Shown here: positions 1 to 10,469 of the stretch, in pieces | Layout: each line of letters opens with the position of its first letter | Numbering within the stretch: the stretch's first letter is position 1 | From: Octopus sinensis | Taxonomy: Eukaryota | Length of the DNA stretch: 21,140 bases | Reading direction: 5' to 3' | Assembly: GCF_006345805.1 (NCBI RefSeq) | Contig: NW_021823829.1 | Coordinates: 1 to 21,140 of the forward strand | Notes under the pieces: generated by a model | What the model saw: the letters and a program-made list of their open reading frames with translations, nothing else | What the model was told of the DNA's origin: nothing | Databases searched by the model: none | Made by a program: the position numbers and the translations under genes

Positions 1-919
1 CTGACGATGTTAATGTATACATTTCAAAAAGCGTTATATAAAAACAACGCATGAAATAGGGAATATGGCTTCCTGTCAGTAAACTATTTTACGAAGCGCG
101 AAGAATTTCGCTGGTGTTTTACACGAGTGACGCGCCAATCATGAAACAGCTGCTTCTATTTAAACTGCAGCCCAGAAGTAAACTAAAACTTCTCCACCAA
201 AGAAAAAAAAGTGTCACAAAAAAGAGGAAGTGAGAAAATTCTTGCATTTAAACAAAGAGGAAATTATTTGTCTGTTGCCTTTTCATCTACTCAGGAAGTA
301 AAGATAACGAGTAAAACTAAAACGCATTAGTAAATATAATGGAGTGTTATCTTTGTTCTAAATTCTAAATTATTTCAAAGACCAGCGTTATATTGCTTAT
401 ACCTTCCAACTCAGTAAATTTGTGATAATGGATATGTAATTGTAATTTTTAGTACAACTTCAGTGATTTCAGTACGACTTTAATATGATTTGTGATATCG
501 TTAAACAAGAAATAACCATGTGTTTGCAATTGTAACCAGAGAAAGCAGTAAACATCACACAAAACAGTTGTTTCCATATTATTAGCATTCTATAGTATTA
601 TATTTTCTTCGGTATAAACCATGATAAAAATCAGTTAAACTCAAGGACACAACCGTTTGAGTACAAAGATAAAAACAGCCTTAACTCGTTTCCTTTACAA
701 TTAAATACGTGGTATGTCTTGGAGTACAGTTATTGAAAGGGAGATAATCACTTGTAGATCAATCATGGCGGAATTGGAAGTGTGAATTTACATCAAAGAG
801 TCAGGAAGAAATATTGTTGCGTTAATTCTAGTGCATTACGCCAGGCATCGTAGTTTTTTTATCTCCCTTATCTACGCCATTTTCGATAGCCTTAATATCT
901 AACTGCCATTTTATCTACG

Positions 920-957
920 TTCTCTCTCTCTCTCTCTCCCTCTCTCTCTCTCTCTCT
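920..957. repeat. (CT)n microsatellite
   Basis: Direct dinucleotide repeat with one interruption. Confidence 0.95.
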
Positions 958-961
958 ATGC

Positions 962-2176
962 GCTTGGCAAAGATTAACGTTCAACTCTGTCGCGCTATGG
1001 CCTTCTCGCTCATTTCCGTTGTTTATAGCAGTGCTCGGAAGTGTAACGGTAGAAATTGATTTATAAACAATATTATGAAATGTCGGAGTTTGTAGTTGTA
1101 ACGATAAAAGCTTGTTGTTGTAATTGCATACTGTAGGATGTGAAAGATGAACAATGCATGAAGTTTTAAGAAAGTATTTATTTACCGTTACATTACAAAT
1201 ACCTTGCCTCGACGAGCAGGTTATGATAAATCCAAAAGCATGAGAAGTAAAGTTTGTGTTTGTGTCCTCTTCATTGTTTAGTAGTAAATAGAGAGAGATA
1301 GAATGATGTTGTAAGATAATAGAATTAGAGCTAGTGAGAGTTGTAGGGTGTGGGATGTTGTCTCACAGTTGCTGACAGTAAACTTCATTTCTCCCACTGA
1401 CCGAGGCTCTATCTGGTCAGCCAGACTTCGTTGTCACCAAAGTGACTAACTGATTGAGTCGTCACCATGTGACTGGACTCGTTGAGTTTCTACCGACTGA
1501 TTTTTGCTTGGGGTGTTCTTGCTTATATAAAGATCCGGAAGGATATATATATCATTGAGAACAATAGATTTAGTTGGTGATCTTGTTATCTCTATTCTAG
1601 CCTTTGGTGAAGTAGAAGAGGTTAGAAAGGGTCAAGTGGTGAAGACATTATTTCGGCCTAGATAAAGGCATCTGGAAAATGTAAAACTGCTGTCAGAGAA
1701 AAATCATTGTTCCACCATGGGAAAAGTTCTGTTGCAGTGTTAATTTAAATTTAGGTATGGTGGATCGAATGCACTTCATGCTTGCAAGATCCACTACAAA
1801 AGTAAAGTGTGTAGAGTGTGACTATCTCAAAAAGAAAATCAGTTTTCAGCTGCGTAGGATCTCCTTGATTGTGTCAAGGAAGACGAAAACGTTTTGAAAA
1901 CGGTCATAGCAGGTGACGAACTATGGTTTATGGCTATGACCCCGAGACAAATGCTCAGTCTTCGCAGTGGAAGACCCCAATAAGATTTCAAGATTCCGAG
2001 GAAATCCAAAAGAATGCAACTACTCGCAACCCCTAAAAAGGAGTTCCAGGAATGCGTCCATCAGTAACGTGTGTGGATTCAGAAATGGACAACTTCAAAG
2101 AGATTAAATGTCGAATTGATATGCGTTGAAGTTATTTTTTATAGCACCAGTCCCGATAATTTCTTATCAGACCTTG
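962..2176 (+). mobile_element. Multiply deleted mariner (IS630/Tc1/mariner) relic interrupted by an LTR-like insertion; 3' TIR retained, 5' TIR missing
   Basis: About 1828-1979 translates (one stop, one frameshift) QKENQFSAA*DLLDCVKEDENVLKTVIAGDE-VYGYDPETNAQSSQWKTP, the mariner first catalytic Asp region. It then jumps to the C-terminal-like RFQDSEEIQKNAT..PKKEFQEC. The element ends CAGTCCCGATAATTTCTTATCAGACCTTG (2148-2176) followed by TA. Assigning 962-1041 as the 5' leader rests on recalled family similarity and is less certain. Confidence 0.8.
1042..1798 (-). mobile_element. Solo LTR-like element (~757 bp)
   Basis: TGTA...TACA termini; near-identical 4-bp flanks GAAG (1038-1041) and AAAG (1799-1802); on the minus strand TATATAAGC (1521-1529) followed by AATAAA (1177-1182); no ORF. 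Confidence 0.65.
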
Positions 2177-2699
2177 TATACAGGTGCATTCTACTAACAA
2201 TTTCCTCAACCGCAATAATTTCTGACAGGCGGGGAAAACCTAAATTTTAGATAAGAGGGCACAACACCGATCAATTTACTAGAATTTATTTCATTGACCC
2301 TGAATATAGTGCCTATAGACAAAACATATAAACTCTGACAAGATTTCAATTCAGTTATAAAGGGACGTAATAAAAATCGCAAAACGTTTTGACCGGAAAT
2401 AACATTGCAGGGCAGCAAAATGATTAAAGAGCTAAGGAATATAACGTTCGGCAAAACCTTATAAAAACCTTTAGGGATAAACCTTGTACGGGTTCAAATA
2501 TCCCTCAAACACATGTGAACGAGCAACGAGTTTATATTAATGTGTTTTATATGCCATACATTACTATTATCAAAGACAAACATTTATTTTTATGTATCTT
2601 GGATTACACCATCTTCTAAATTTGTATCAAGTGCTGATGTTACCTAAGATTTATAGTAAAGTGGGGTATTAATGCTAGATCAGTTTAATCCTAGACTCA

Positions 2700-3219
2700 T
2701 GTGTATATATGTGTATATGTGTGTCCGCGTGTGTGCGTGTATTTATGCATGCGTTTATATTCATATGTATATACATGTATACACAACACATACGTACATA
2801 TATATATATGATCTTTATACGCACACATGCACACATACAAACATATGTACATACATACACACACATACGCATACGACCATATATGTAAAGATGGATCGAG
2901 AGATAGACATATAGATAGACAGACGGAGTGGTCGATACATACATACTTAGATACATACAACACACACAAATATTTACTCGCGGATAGGATACATATACAA
3001 AAAATATGTGAAATGTGTGAATATATATATATATATATATATACGTGTGTGTGTGTATGTATATATATACGTGTGTATACGTGTGTGCTGTGTGTGTACA
3101 AATACACGCACACGTACATACATATATGCGTATGTGTATATGTATGTAGATAGATAGATAGATAGATTGGCAAGCAAGCAGGAAGAGAGACATACAGACA
3201 GACAGACAGAAAGACAGAC

Positions 3220-3250
<31 letters not shown>

Positions 3251-3255
3251 CAGAC

Positions 3256-3317
<62 letters not shown>
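2700..3317. repeat. Compound microsatellite: mixed TG/CA/TA, then (GACA)n/(GATA)n from about 3147
   Basis: Direct inspection. Confidence 0.95.
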
Positions 3318-3375
3318 GTATTATTTAATAGACACATGTGCTTATGTGCTACTAATAGTTTCATATGTTGAGAAA

Positions 3376-3413
3376 TAGTAGTAGTAGTAGTAGAGTAGTA
3401 GTAGTAGTAGTAG

Positions 3414-3495
<82 letters not shown>

Positions 3496-3513
3496 GCCGC
3501 TGCTGCCGCTGCT
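3376..3513. repeat. (TAG)n switching to (TAC)n, with CAC and GCT/GCC variants
   Basis: Direct inspection; the strand switch is centred on AGTACT 3412-3417. Confidence 0.95.
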
Positions 3514-3931
3514 ATAACCAATCCCACTGGCAACCAAATCTTCAACAACACAAATAACAATGTTGAGAAGCTGATATCCACACACAGAGTACATCCATCG
3601 CAGTAAAAGATATGAAAACAACGTTGTTGTAGGTGATATGCAAATTTTCTCTTTCATATCATAAAAAAACAACAGAATAATGAGTTTTATTAGGTTCAGT
3701 TTTATTTGTGAAATACGGTTGTTTTGAATTTGCAGTACAAAGGGATCTTTGTTTATGGTGATGTAGTGTATGTGAATGGGGGTCGCTGGGCATTTGAGCT
3801 GAAAATCAAATGAATGGCAGTTCGAAAAAGTTTGGAAAGTTTGATACTTATTTCTTAAATCTGTGCTTTTTCTACCGGTTTCTTTTGTTGAGAGAATAAG
3901 TGCAAGTCTTCAAAAATTTTCTGGTATCGAT

Positions 3932-5391
3932 TAAGCTTATAACTTTTATTATTTTTGGGGAAGTAAACAATTTCCTGTTTTAGAAGTCGATGGACAATTT
4001 TATATAAGTAGGGAAAATAACTTTTATTTTAAGTTGATTTAAAGAAACGTCACCCCCAACTAAAGAAAACTAGCACTACTTTTGACCAATATCATGTAAA
4101 ATTCTGGGGGTGGGTTCATAATGCCTACTCAAATTTTTACCAAACTTGGTGTGCTGACATAATATAATGCAGAAGCAGTATGTCTCAAATTTCAGCTTTC
4201 AAGTTTAAGTAGTTTAATAGTTAAAGAGTTTTTAATTTGTTACCACTTAGGCTCTACTTTGGGAAATATCCTCTTCCTCTCCTTTTTATTTCTGTGACGC
4301 TAAAAACTCAGACTATATTAACTTTTATTCAGAATAGTAGACTTATCCAACTAGAGTATCTAAAATAGTGTCTCATAAAAGAGAAGTGCTTGTGTCACTC
4401 AAAGAAGCAGAAAAACCTGGACGAAGAATCTCGTGCAATTTCAAGACCTACATAGGAAAAGAAGACCTGTTCCTCAAGAAGAGAATTCTTTGGAAAACAA
4501 CTTCAGGATACCAATGAAACTTCAAATTGTCGGTCGTTACCTGTTCCTTGGAGGTGTTATCAAAGGAAGGAAAGAAAGAGCAAAAGAAATTTCGAAAGAA
4601 GTAACTTTTATAGTAAAAGAAATTAAATTTCCTCTATTCATCAATTCAAAATATACAAGCAAAAGTAGAAAAGTTCTGAATATCTACGATTAGTGTGTAA
4701 AACGAGGAAAATATGATTCATTGAAAGGAAGTTTTGACATCACAAAGGTAAACGGTGAATGGCTGTGCAGTGAGGACAGAAAGTTATCTAACAAAACATA
4801 TTAATTCTTTGTTACGATTAAAAATTTGCTAGCATTCAGCACCCCTTTTCTTATACAGTTATTTAAAATTGGAATTAAACATATAAAGTTTAAAATGTGT
4901 ATTGTTTTTAATTTTGTATGTTATCGAATGCTTGTAGTAGCCTCTGTCTTAAAATAGCCTAGTTTTGAACCTTTGCATAGAGCAATTTCAATTCAGTAAT
5001 CTTAAAAACGTATAAATACACTTTCATTCCACAGCATTTACAAGGATTTAGGCAACGGAAATACTGAAGTGTGGGTCTAGTGCCACCTCGTGATTATAGA
5101 TTTAAAAAGCTCATAACTCCGAAACTACTTCAACTAGAAAGCCGAAATTTCAGATATACTATTTCTGCATTGCATTGAGTCAACACACCAAGTTTGGTAA
5201 AAACTTGAACAGGCGTTATGAAACCCCTAGAATTTTGCATGATTTGGATCAAAAGTGGTGATCGATTTCTTAAGATGGGGGTGAGATTTCTTTCAAATAA
5301 AGAAAAATAAATATTAGTTTCCTGACTTCTATGAAACTCTTCATCGAATTAGAGTATAGGTTTATTAGATTGCTAAACAATCATAACCCTA
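3932..5391 (+). mobile_element. Non-autonomous hAT-like DNA transposon (1460 bp) with long imperfect subterminal inverted repeats and a transposase remnant
   Basis: 8-bp flanks GTATCGAT (3924-3931) and GTGTCGAT (5392-5399) match 7/8. Degenerate termini TAAGCTTATAACT vs reverse complement TAGGGTTATGATT match 9/13. About 250-bp inverted arms (~3985-4237 and ~5100-5348) share a perfect 20-bp core, TTTTTACCAAACTTGGTGTG (4134-4153 and 5184-5203). Confidence 0.8.
4433..4804 (+). pseudogene. Degenerate N-terminal transposase fragment inside the hAT-like element
   Basis: ORF 4433-4693 continues in frame past TAG as CVKRGKYDSLKGSFDITKVNGEWLCSEDRKL; protein-like, lies inside a TIR element, no catalytic domain visible. 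Confidence 0.55.
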
Positions 5392-5402
5392 GTGTCGATC
5401 TG

Positions 5403-5781
5403 TATTCTTTTATTCTTTTACTTATTTCAGTCATTTGACAGCGTCCATGCTGGAGCACCGCCTTTTAGTCGAACAGATCGACCGCTGGATTTATTCTTTG
5501 TAAGCTTGGTACTTATTCTATCGGGCTCCTTCGCCGGACCGTTAAGTTACGGGGGCAAAAGCGCGCCAACATCGGTTGTCATGCGACGGTGAGAGAACAA
5601 ACACAGACACAAAGGTACACACACATAAATATATAAACACATACGACGGGCCTCTTTCAGTTTCCGTCTACTAAATCCACTTACAAGGCTTTGGTTAGCT
5701 CGAGGCTATAGTACAAGATGCTTGCCCAAGGTACCACGCAGTGGGACTGAACCCAAAACCATATGTTTGGGAAGCAAGCTT
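5403..5781 (-). mobile_element. tRNA-derived SINE, family 1 (internal microsatellite), lacking the A box
   Basis: Minus strand has B box GGTTCAGTCCC, body ..GTAGACGGAAACTGAAAGAGGCCCGTCG, an internal TG/TA tract and an AAAAGAAT-type repeated tail; homologous to the copies at 13017, 14707 and 15551. Confidence 0.9.
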
Positions 5782-5794
5782 TTGTATATCTAAA

Positions 5795-5851
5795 ATCCTT
5801 CAAGGAGGTGCACCGTTATGGACATCATTCAATGACTGAAGCAAGTAAATA
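5795..5851 (+). mobile_element. Diverged 3' tail fragment of SINE family 1
   Basis: AAGGAGGTGCACCGTTATGGACATCATTCAATGACTGAAGCAAGTAAA matches the reverse complement of 5417-5465. Confidence 0.65.
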
Positions 5852-5885
5852 ACGTTGTCTTTATGTGGGGATATGGAAAATATTG

Positions 5886-6160
5886 GTGGATGTGCAATGG
5901 CCCAGTGGTTAGGGCAGCGGACTTGCGGTCGGAAGATCGCGGTTTCGATTTGCAGACCGGGCGTTGCGTGTGTTTATTGAGCGAAAACACCTAAAGCTCC
6001 ACGAGGCTCCGACAGGGAATGGCGGTGACCCCTGTTGTACCCTTTCGCCCCAACCTTCTCTCACTCTTTCTTACTGTTTCTTGAGTAAGGCTTCGAAACC
6101 GGGAAACCGGGCCCATAAGCCTGGCTAGGCTTGAAAAGGGCGCATAAAATTTTTTTTTAA
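5886..6160 (+). mobile_element. tRNA-derived SINE, family 2 (resembles octopus OR-type SINEs), full length
   Basis: A box TGGCCCAGTGG (5898-5908), degenerate B box GGTTTCGATTTGC, perfect 13-bp TSD ATGGAAAATATTG (5873-5885 and 6161-6173). Confidence 0.92.
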
Positions 6161-6507
6161 ATGGAAAATATTGCAGGTCCTATCAAATGTCAGTAGTGAT
6201 ATATAAATAATTGTCACTTTATTATTAGTAGCTATTTTAAGAACTAAATTATGTTCTCTGGAAGCAAATCCGACAAGCTATTTAGTCATATTTTATACAT
6301 GTAACACATAGCAGGACGCTATATATCAAAAAAGTCATATATTTGATATGTGATTCTAAGGATATCAAATGTCCTTCTTATCGTCGAGAAGAGATGAGTA
6401 ACAATATAATCAGAATTGATGCAGGCGTGGCATTTGCTACTTGAAGGTTAATAACGCGTGCTTATGGACGAGGATATCTGAATGAAAACATAAACCCGCC
6501 TTCGTAA

Positions 6508-6638
6508 ATATATATACAGAGAAACGCATGCACACGCACATGCAAACACACTCACGACACGCACACATACATATGTATATGTGTACGCACACACACACGC
6601 ATACACACATAATTGCAAACACACACGTACATACACTA
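6508..6638. repeat. Degenerate (CA)/(TA) microsatellite
   Basis: Direct inspection. Confidence 0.85.
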
Positions 6639-6778
6639 CCGCATAAGCACATTGTAGATAGAACTGCGGTTAACTCCCTTGCATTGATGCGGATTGGTGA
6701 TCTGGAAAAATTTTGGCAACAGCGTGTTACTCCCACCATATATGTATGTATATGTATGTGTGTGTGTGTGTGTGTCTA

Positions 6779-7041
6779 TATCACAGTGATCACCGTGACT
6801 GACCAGGCTACACATCGCTGGTCACAATGCACTTTGCATTGTTTTAGCCTTCAAGTGACGCCACCCGCTGGCTAAGCGAGCAGGCCAACAGAAGAAAGGG
6901 TGAGAGAAAGCTATGGCCAAAGTGTACAGCATGGATCGCCACCCTGCTGGAGCCTCGTGGAACTTAAGGTGTTTTCGCTCAATAAACACTCACAACGACC
7001 GCGAGACCGCTGCCCTAACCACTGGGCCATTGCGCCTCCAC
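6779..7041 (-). mobile_element. SINE family 2 with a different 3' tail; B box deleted
   Basis: Minus strand GTGGAGGCGCAATGGCCCAGTGGTTAGGGCAGCGG.. is near-identical to the 5886 copy; about 30 bp including the B box are missing; ends in CAC(G/T)GTGAT repeats. Confidence 0.9.
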
Positions 7042-7316
<275 letters not shown>

Positions 7317-7726
7317 AAGTGAAAGAGAGAGAGATTCACAATTTTTTAAAAAGACTGGTATTTCATAGCTTGAATTTTATAAATATTCTCTGTGTGAGTC
7401 GTAATAAATTTATCAAATTACTAAAAATTATTTTACAGAAAAGGTATATGTAAATGTATACGTTATGATATACATATACATATGTGTGTGTGCCTGTGTC
7501 TGTGTGTATGTATATATTATACATATACATTTACACACACACACACATACTCATAAGCACATATATATTGCATACAAATACTCACCGGCACCCAAACATA
7601 GAGGGATATCTTGTTCAAAGTAACTGTGTAAGACTATGGGCTGCAGAGGAAGACACGTTCCCTTTTTAGTCGTATCCATTAGAGATCTCTGACAGCTGCA
7701 GCCACAATAATTTGTGTAGACATATC

Positions 7727-7959
7727 TGTTTCTTTATTGCCCACAAGGGGCTAAACATAGAGGGAACAAACAAGGACAGACAAACGGATTAAGTCGATTA
7801 CAACGACCCCAGTGCGTAACTGGTACTTAATTTATCGACCACGAAAGGATGAAAGGCAAAGTCGACCTCGGCGGAATTTGAACTCAGAACGTAGCGACAG
7901 ACGAAATACTGCTGAGCATTTCGCCCAACGTGCTAACGTTTCTGCCATTCGCCGCCTTT
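7727..7959 (-). mobile_element. tRNA-derived SINE, family 3 (Meta-domain-like core), full length, LINE-like tail
   Basis: A box TGGCAGAAACG, B box GAGTTCAAATTCC, core GCCTTTCATCCTTTCGTGGTCGATAAATTAAGTACCAG, perfect 16-bp TSD TTTGTGTAGACATATC (7711-7726 and 7960-7975). Confidence 0.93.
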
Positions 7960-8001
7960 TTTGTGTAGACATATCGTACAAAACACTAACCATTTAATTA
8001 T

Positions 8002-8130
8002 TGGCACAGGTGTTGTATTTTAGTTAAGAAACTCTCCTCATATTCACATGGTTCCAGGGTCGATCCCTTTGCCGCACCTTAGGAAAATTCTTCAACCAAA
8101 ATCTATAGAAATCCATCTGATTGACTGAAA
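8002..8130 (+). mobile_element. Highly diverged head of SINE family 1
   Basis: GGCACAGG..TAAGAAACT..CACATGGTTCCAGGGTCGATCCC..GCACCTTAGG resembles the heads of the 13017 and 14707 copies. Confidence 0.5.
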
Positions 8131-8320
8131 TTCTTGAACGTTACACTTACTAGGTCATCCTGTTTAACACTACCACCTAACCGTTGGGTAACTTTAGTAG
8201 AGTTCTACCCTGTTCCAAGTATCCTCTCTTGGTCTTCTTTCTGAGGATAACTTGTTCACTTTCTCCTATTAGTCACAGCTTAAAAATAGATCATAAGCGC
8301 TGCCCTTTTCCTCTGAAATT

Positions 8321-8437
8321 AAGGCTGGCGGTAAGCTAGCTGAACAGTTTTTGTGCCGGCTCTGCGTTCTGAGTTCATATCTTCCAGTTTTTGACAATTC
8401 CCTTCAGCCTTTCGGTCTCGATTAAATGAAAGGCTGG
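8321..8437 (+). mobile_element. Diverged SINE family 3 fragment
   Basis: GGCGGTAAGCTAGC..GCGTTCTGAGTTCATAT..CCTTCAGCCTTTCGGTCTCGATTAAATG aligns by eye to the 7727-7959 copy. Confidence 0.55.
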
Positions 8438-8863
8438 AAATATCGGCAGAATTATTCTAATGTCAGACGAAAATTCTTGAATGATTCTTGTTCTGGCTCT
8501 GAGTTTTATATATTACATGGAAAAAGTTGCTTGAGTTATTGCCTGTTATTGCCAAGTCTTCACATTTTCAGTCTTGACCCAATGCCTATTTTTTACATAA
8601 TGAAATTGTAATATTCTACTTAGCATAAAATTTAATCTATATTGGTACTTCTGGCTCTCATTTTTTCAGTATTCTAGTGTGTCAATATTTTAACAAAATG
8701 TTGGTATCATTTTTAATTATAATGTAACTTTGTAAATTAAAATCAAATAATTTTTAATATTCAAATTTTATCTTTTAGCTACAATATTTTAAGTAAAGAT
8801 TTTCTTGTTCTGTACTTTACCAGATGTAATAACTTGTCCTTAAACTTTTCCAGGTTTATAATC

Positions 8864-8987
8864 TTCGGAATATTATTTCGCGTTCGCATTTTTCGGAATA
8901 TTATTTCGCGTTCGCATGTAATCCATGTTTTTTCTAGGCTATGCTATAATGCTAATTAATAATGTGTCAAATGTGTCAAATGTGTCA
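8864..8987. repeat. Two local tandem duplications: 26-bp unit x2 (period 28) and AATGTGTCA x3
   Basis: TTCGGAATATTATTTCGCGTTCGCAT at 8864-8889 and 8892-8917; 9-mer x3 at 8961-8987. Confidence 0.9.
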
Positions 8988-9651
8988 ATTAGAGGTCTCA
9001 TTGATAATTTTTTCCTTACCTCAATGATACCGGTGACATATATTAAAAATCCCTTTATGGAACTATGTTCATAAAAAAGTATAGAACTATATCATCACCC
9101 TCAAATTTGAGAATGAAACACTCATAACTTTTTTTTATTTTGAAACTTCATTGCATGAGATTGATACCATGAAATTTCTCGAAATGAGCTCTATCATTTG
9201 AGTTTAATTAAAATATAGTTTGTTTTTAAAATAAGAAAGTGAATTATACTCAGATCCAAATTTTGCATTACTTATATTTCTTTCGTGATATTTTACTTCA
9301 CAACTTTTTTTATAGAAATCTTCGTTGCATGGGACAAAAACTATGAAATTCTTCATGCTTTCTTCTATCATTGAAGCTAAGATAAATATATTTTGCTTTT
9401 AGAATAAAAAAGTTACTTAGATCTAAACATGATTGGTGGCATTACTTACTCTCCTATAATGTTTGCTACAAATTTTGACGGAAACATTTTTCTACTGGAC
9501 CAAATTTCAGTTTCTTATGCCAAAATGTAGCTAGGGACAAGTTCTCTTCAAAAATATTAACAGTTTTCAATTAGTGACAAGGTCTGGAAGATGCTGCGTG
9601 AGAGTAAATTGCGGCCTTAAGAATTTTATTCCACTACTACCGTAGTTGAAT

Positions 9652-9654
<3 letters not shown>

Positions 9655-9683
<29 letters not shown>
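9655..9683. repeat. (TA)n microsatellite
   Basis: Direct inspection. Confidence 0.95.
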
Positions 9684-10282
9684 CGTAATTTGGTATCCAA
9701 AAAGAAACGAAGAAAAAACACAACAAAAAACAAACAACACGAGGACGTGGTGCATGCAAAGTATTAAAAGATGCTCAGGGTACGATAAATATAGAAAGTA
9801 AGGAAATACATTTTTATGCAGTCAGAACTTTTCTTTTAAGCATATCATTGTTCAGAAAAGTATAAATCTAAGGTTTATAGAGAAGGGGACTGAACGAAGC
9901 CATTTACTTCCGGTGGGAAAATTCTGAAAAGGTGATTTCGAAATCGAAACTACTGTACACCAGAACTAGAGTCATATTAACTACATGCTGTCAGAAATTC
10001 GAATGCCCATGGATCAAACTATTTTTTTATCCCATTCCACATTAGAATTGGCGTGAGAAAATATATTGTCAGAGAGTTAAGGTTAGTGCGGCGACTATAT
10101 GTAGGCGTTATAAAAAATCTTAAGTTGGATTCCACTAAACGTTTTGTTCATATTGGATTACTATGACTGCACTAAAATATATCTTTTTGTATTCTATTTT
10201 ATAAAAATAGACATTCATTTTCTAAATTACTCTTTGCTTTATAAAAATGCAAATTAAATAGTAAAACTGATTTCAATATATA

Positions 10283-10460
10283 CAGGGTTGGCCAAAAGTC
10301 ACTCGACAGTAAATCAAAATTCCATAAATACTGTCTGTTATTCTGTATTGACTCGAATAGGAAAATGTGTTGCTCATGAAGGATTTCAGTTTGAACAATT
10401 TTCATGATGTTCCATATTTAGATGCTTTTATAAAATTCATGCAGTTGTTATTAAATTATG
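10283..10460 (+). mobile_element. Internally deleted Tc1/mariner relic (5' TIR fused to the transposase C-terminus)
   Basis: TA|CAGGGTTGGCCAAAAGTCAC is a Tc1-type TIR start; 10333-10407 reads VCYSVLTRIGKCVAHEGFQFEQFS*, the R..C...G..FE C-terminal pattern of Tc1/mariner transposases; no 3' TIR found. Confidence 0.65.
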
Positions 10461-10469
10461 CAAATATAT

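Noticed and set aside
1-68. CTGACGA...GAAA hammerhead-like words at the window start
   Set aside because: Stem II does not close properly, the stem III reading gives ATG rather than an NUH triplet, and the stem I partner would lie outside the window
2672-3672. Long ORFs (e.g. 229 aa, poly-V, poly-S)
   Set aside because: Translations of GATA, CA, TA and TAG microsatellites
5886-5965. tRNA gene
   Set aside because: A and B boxes belong to a SINE head: no complete cloverleaf, followed by SINE body and TSD
8864-8987. CRISPR-like repeats
   Set aside because: Adjacent tandem duplications without spacers, in eukaryotic context
9684-9910. Possible second Penelope-like relic next to (TA)n
   Set aside because: Only recalled resemblance; no recognisable hammerhead core or second copy in the window
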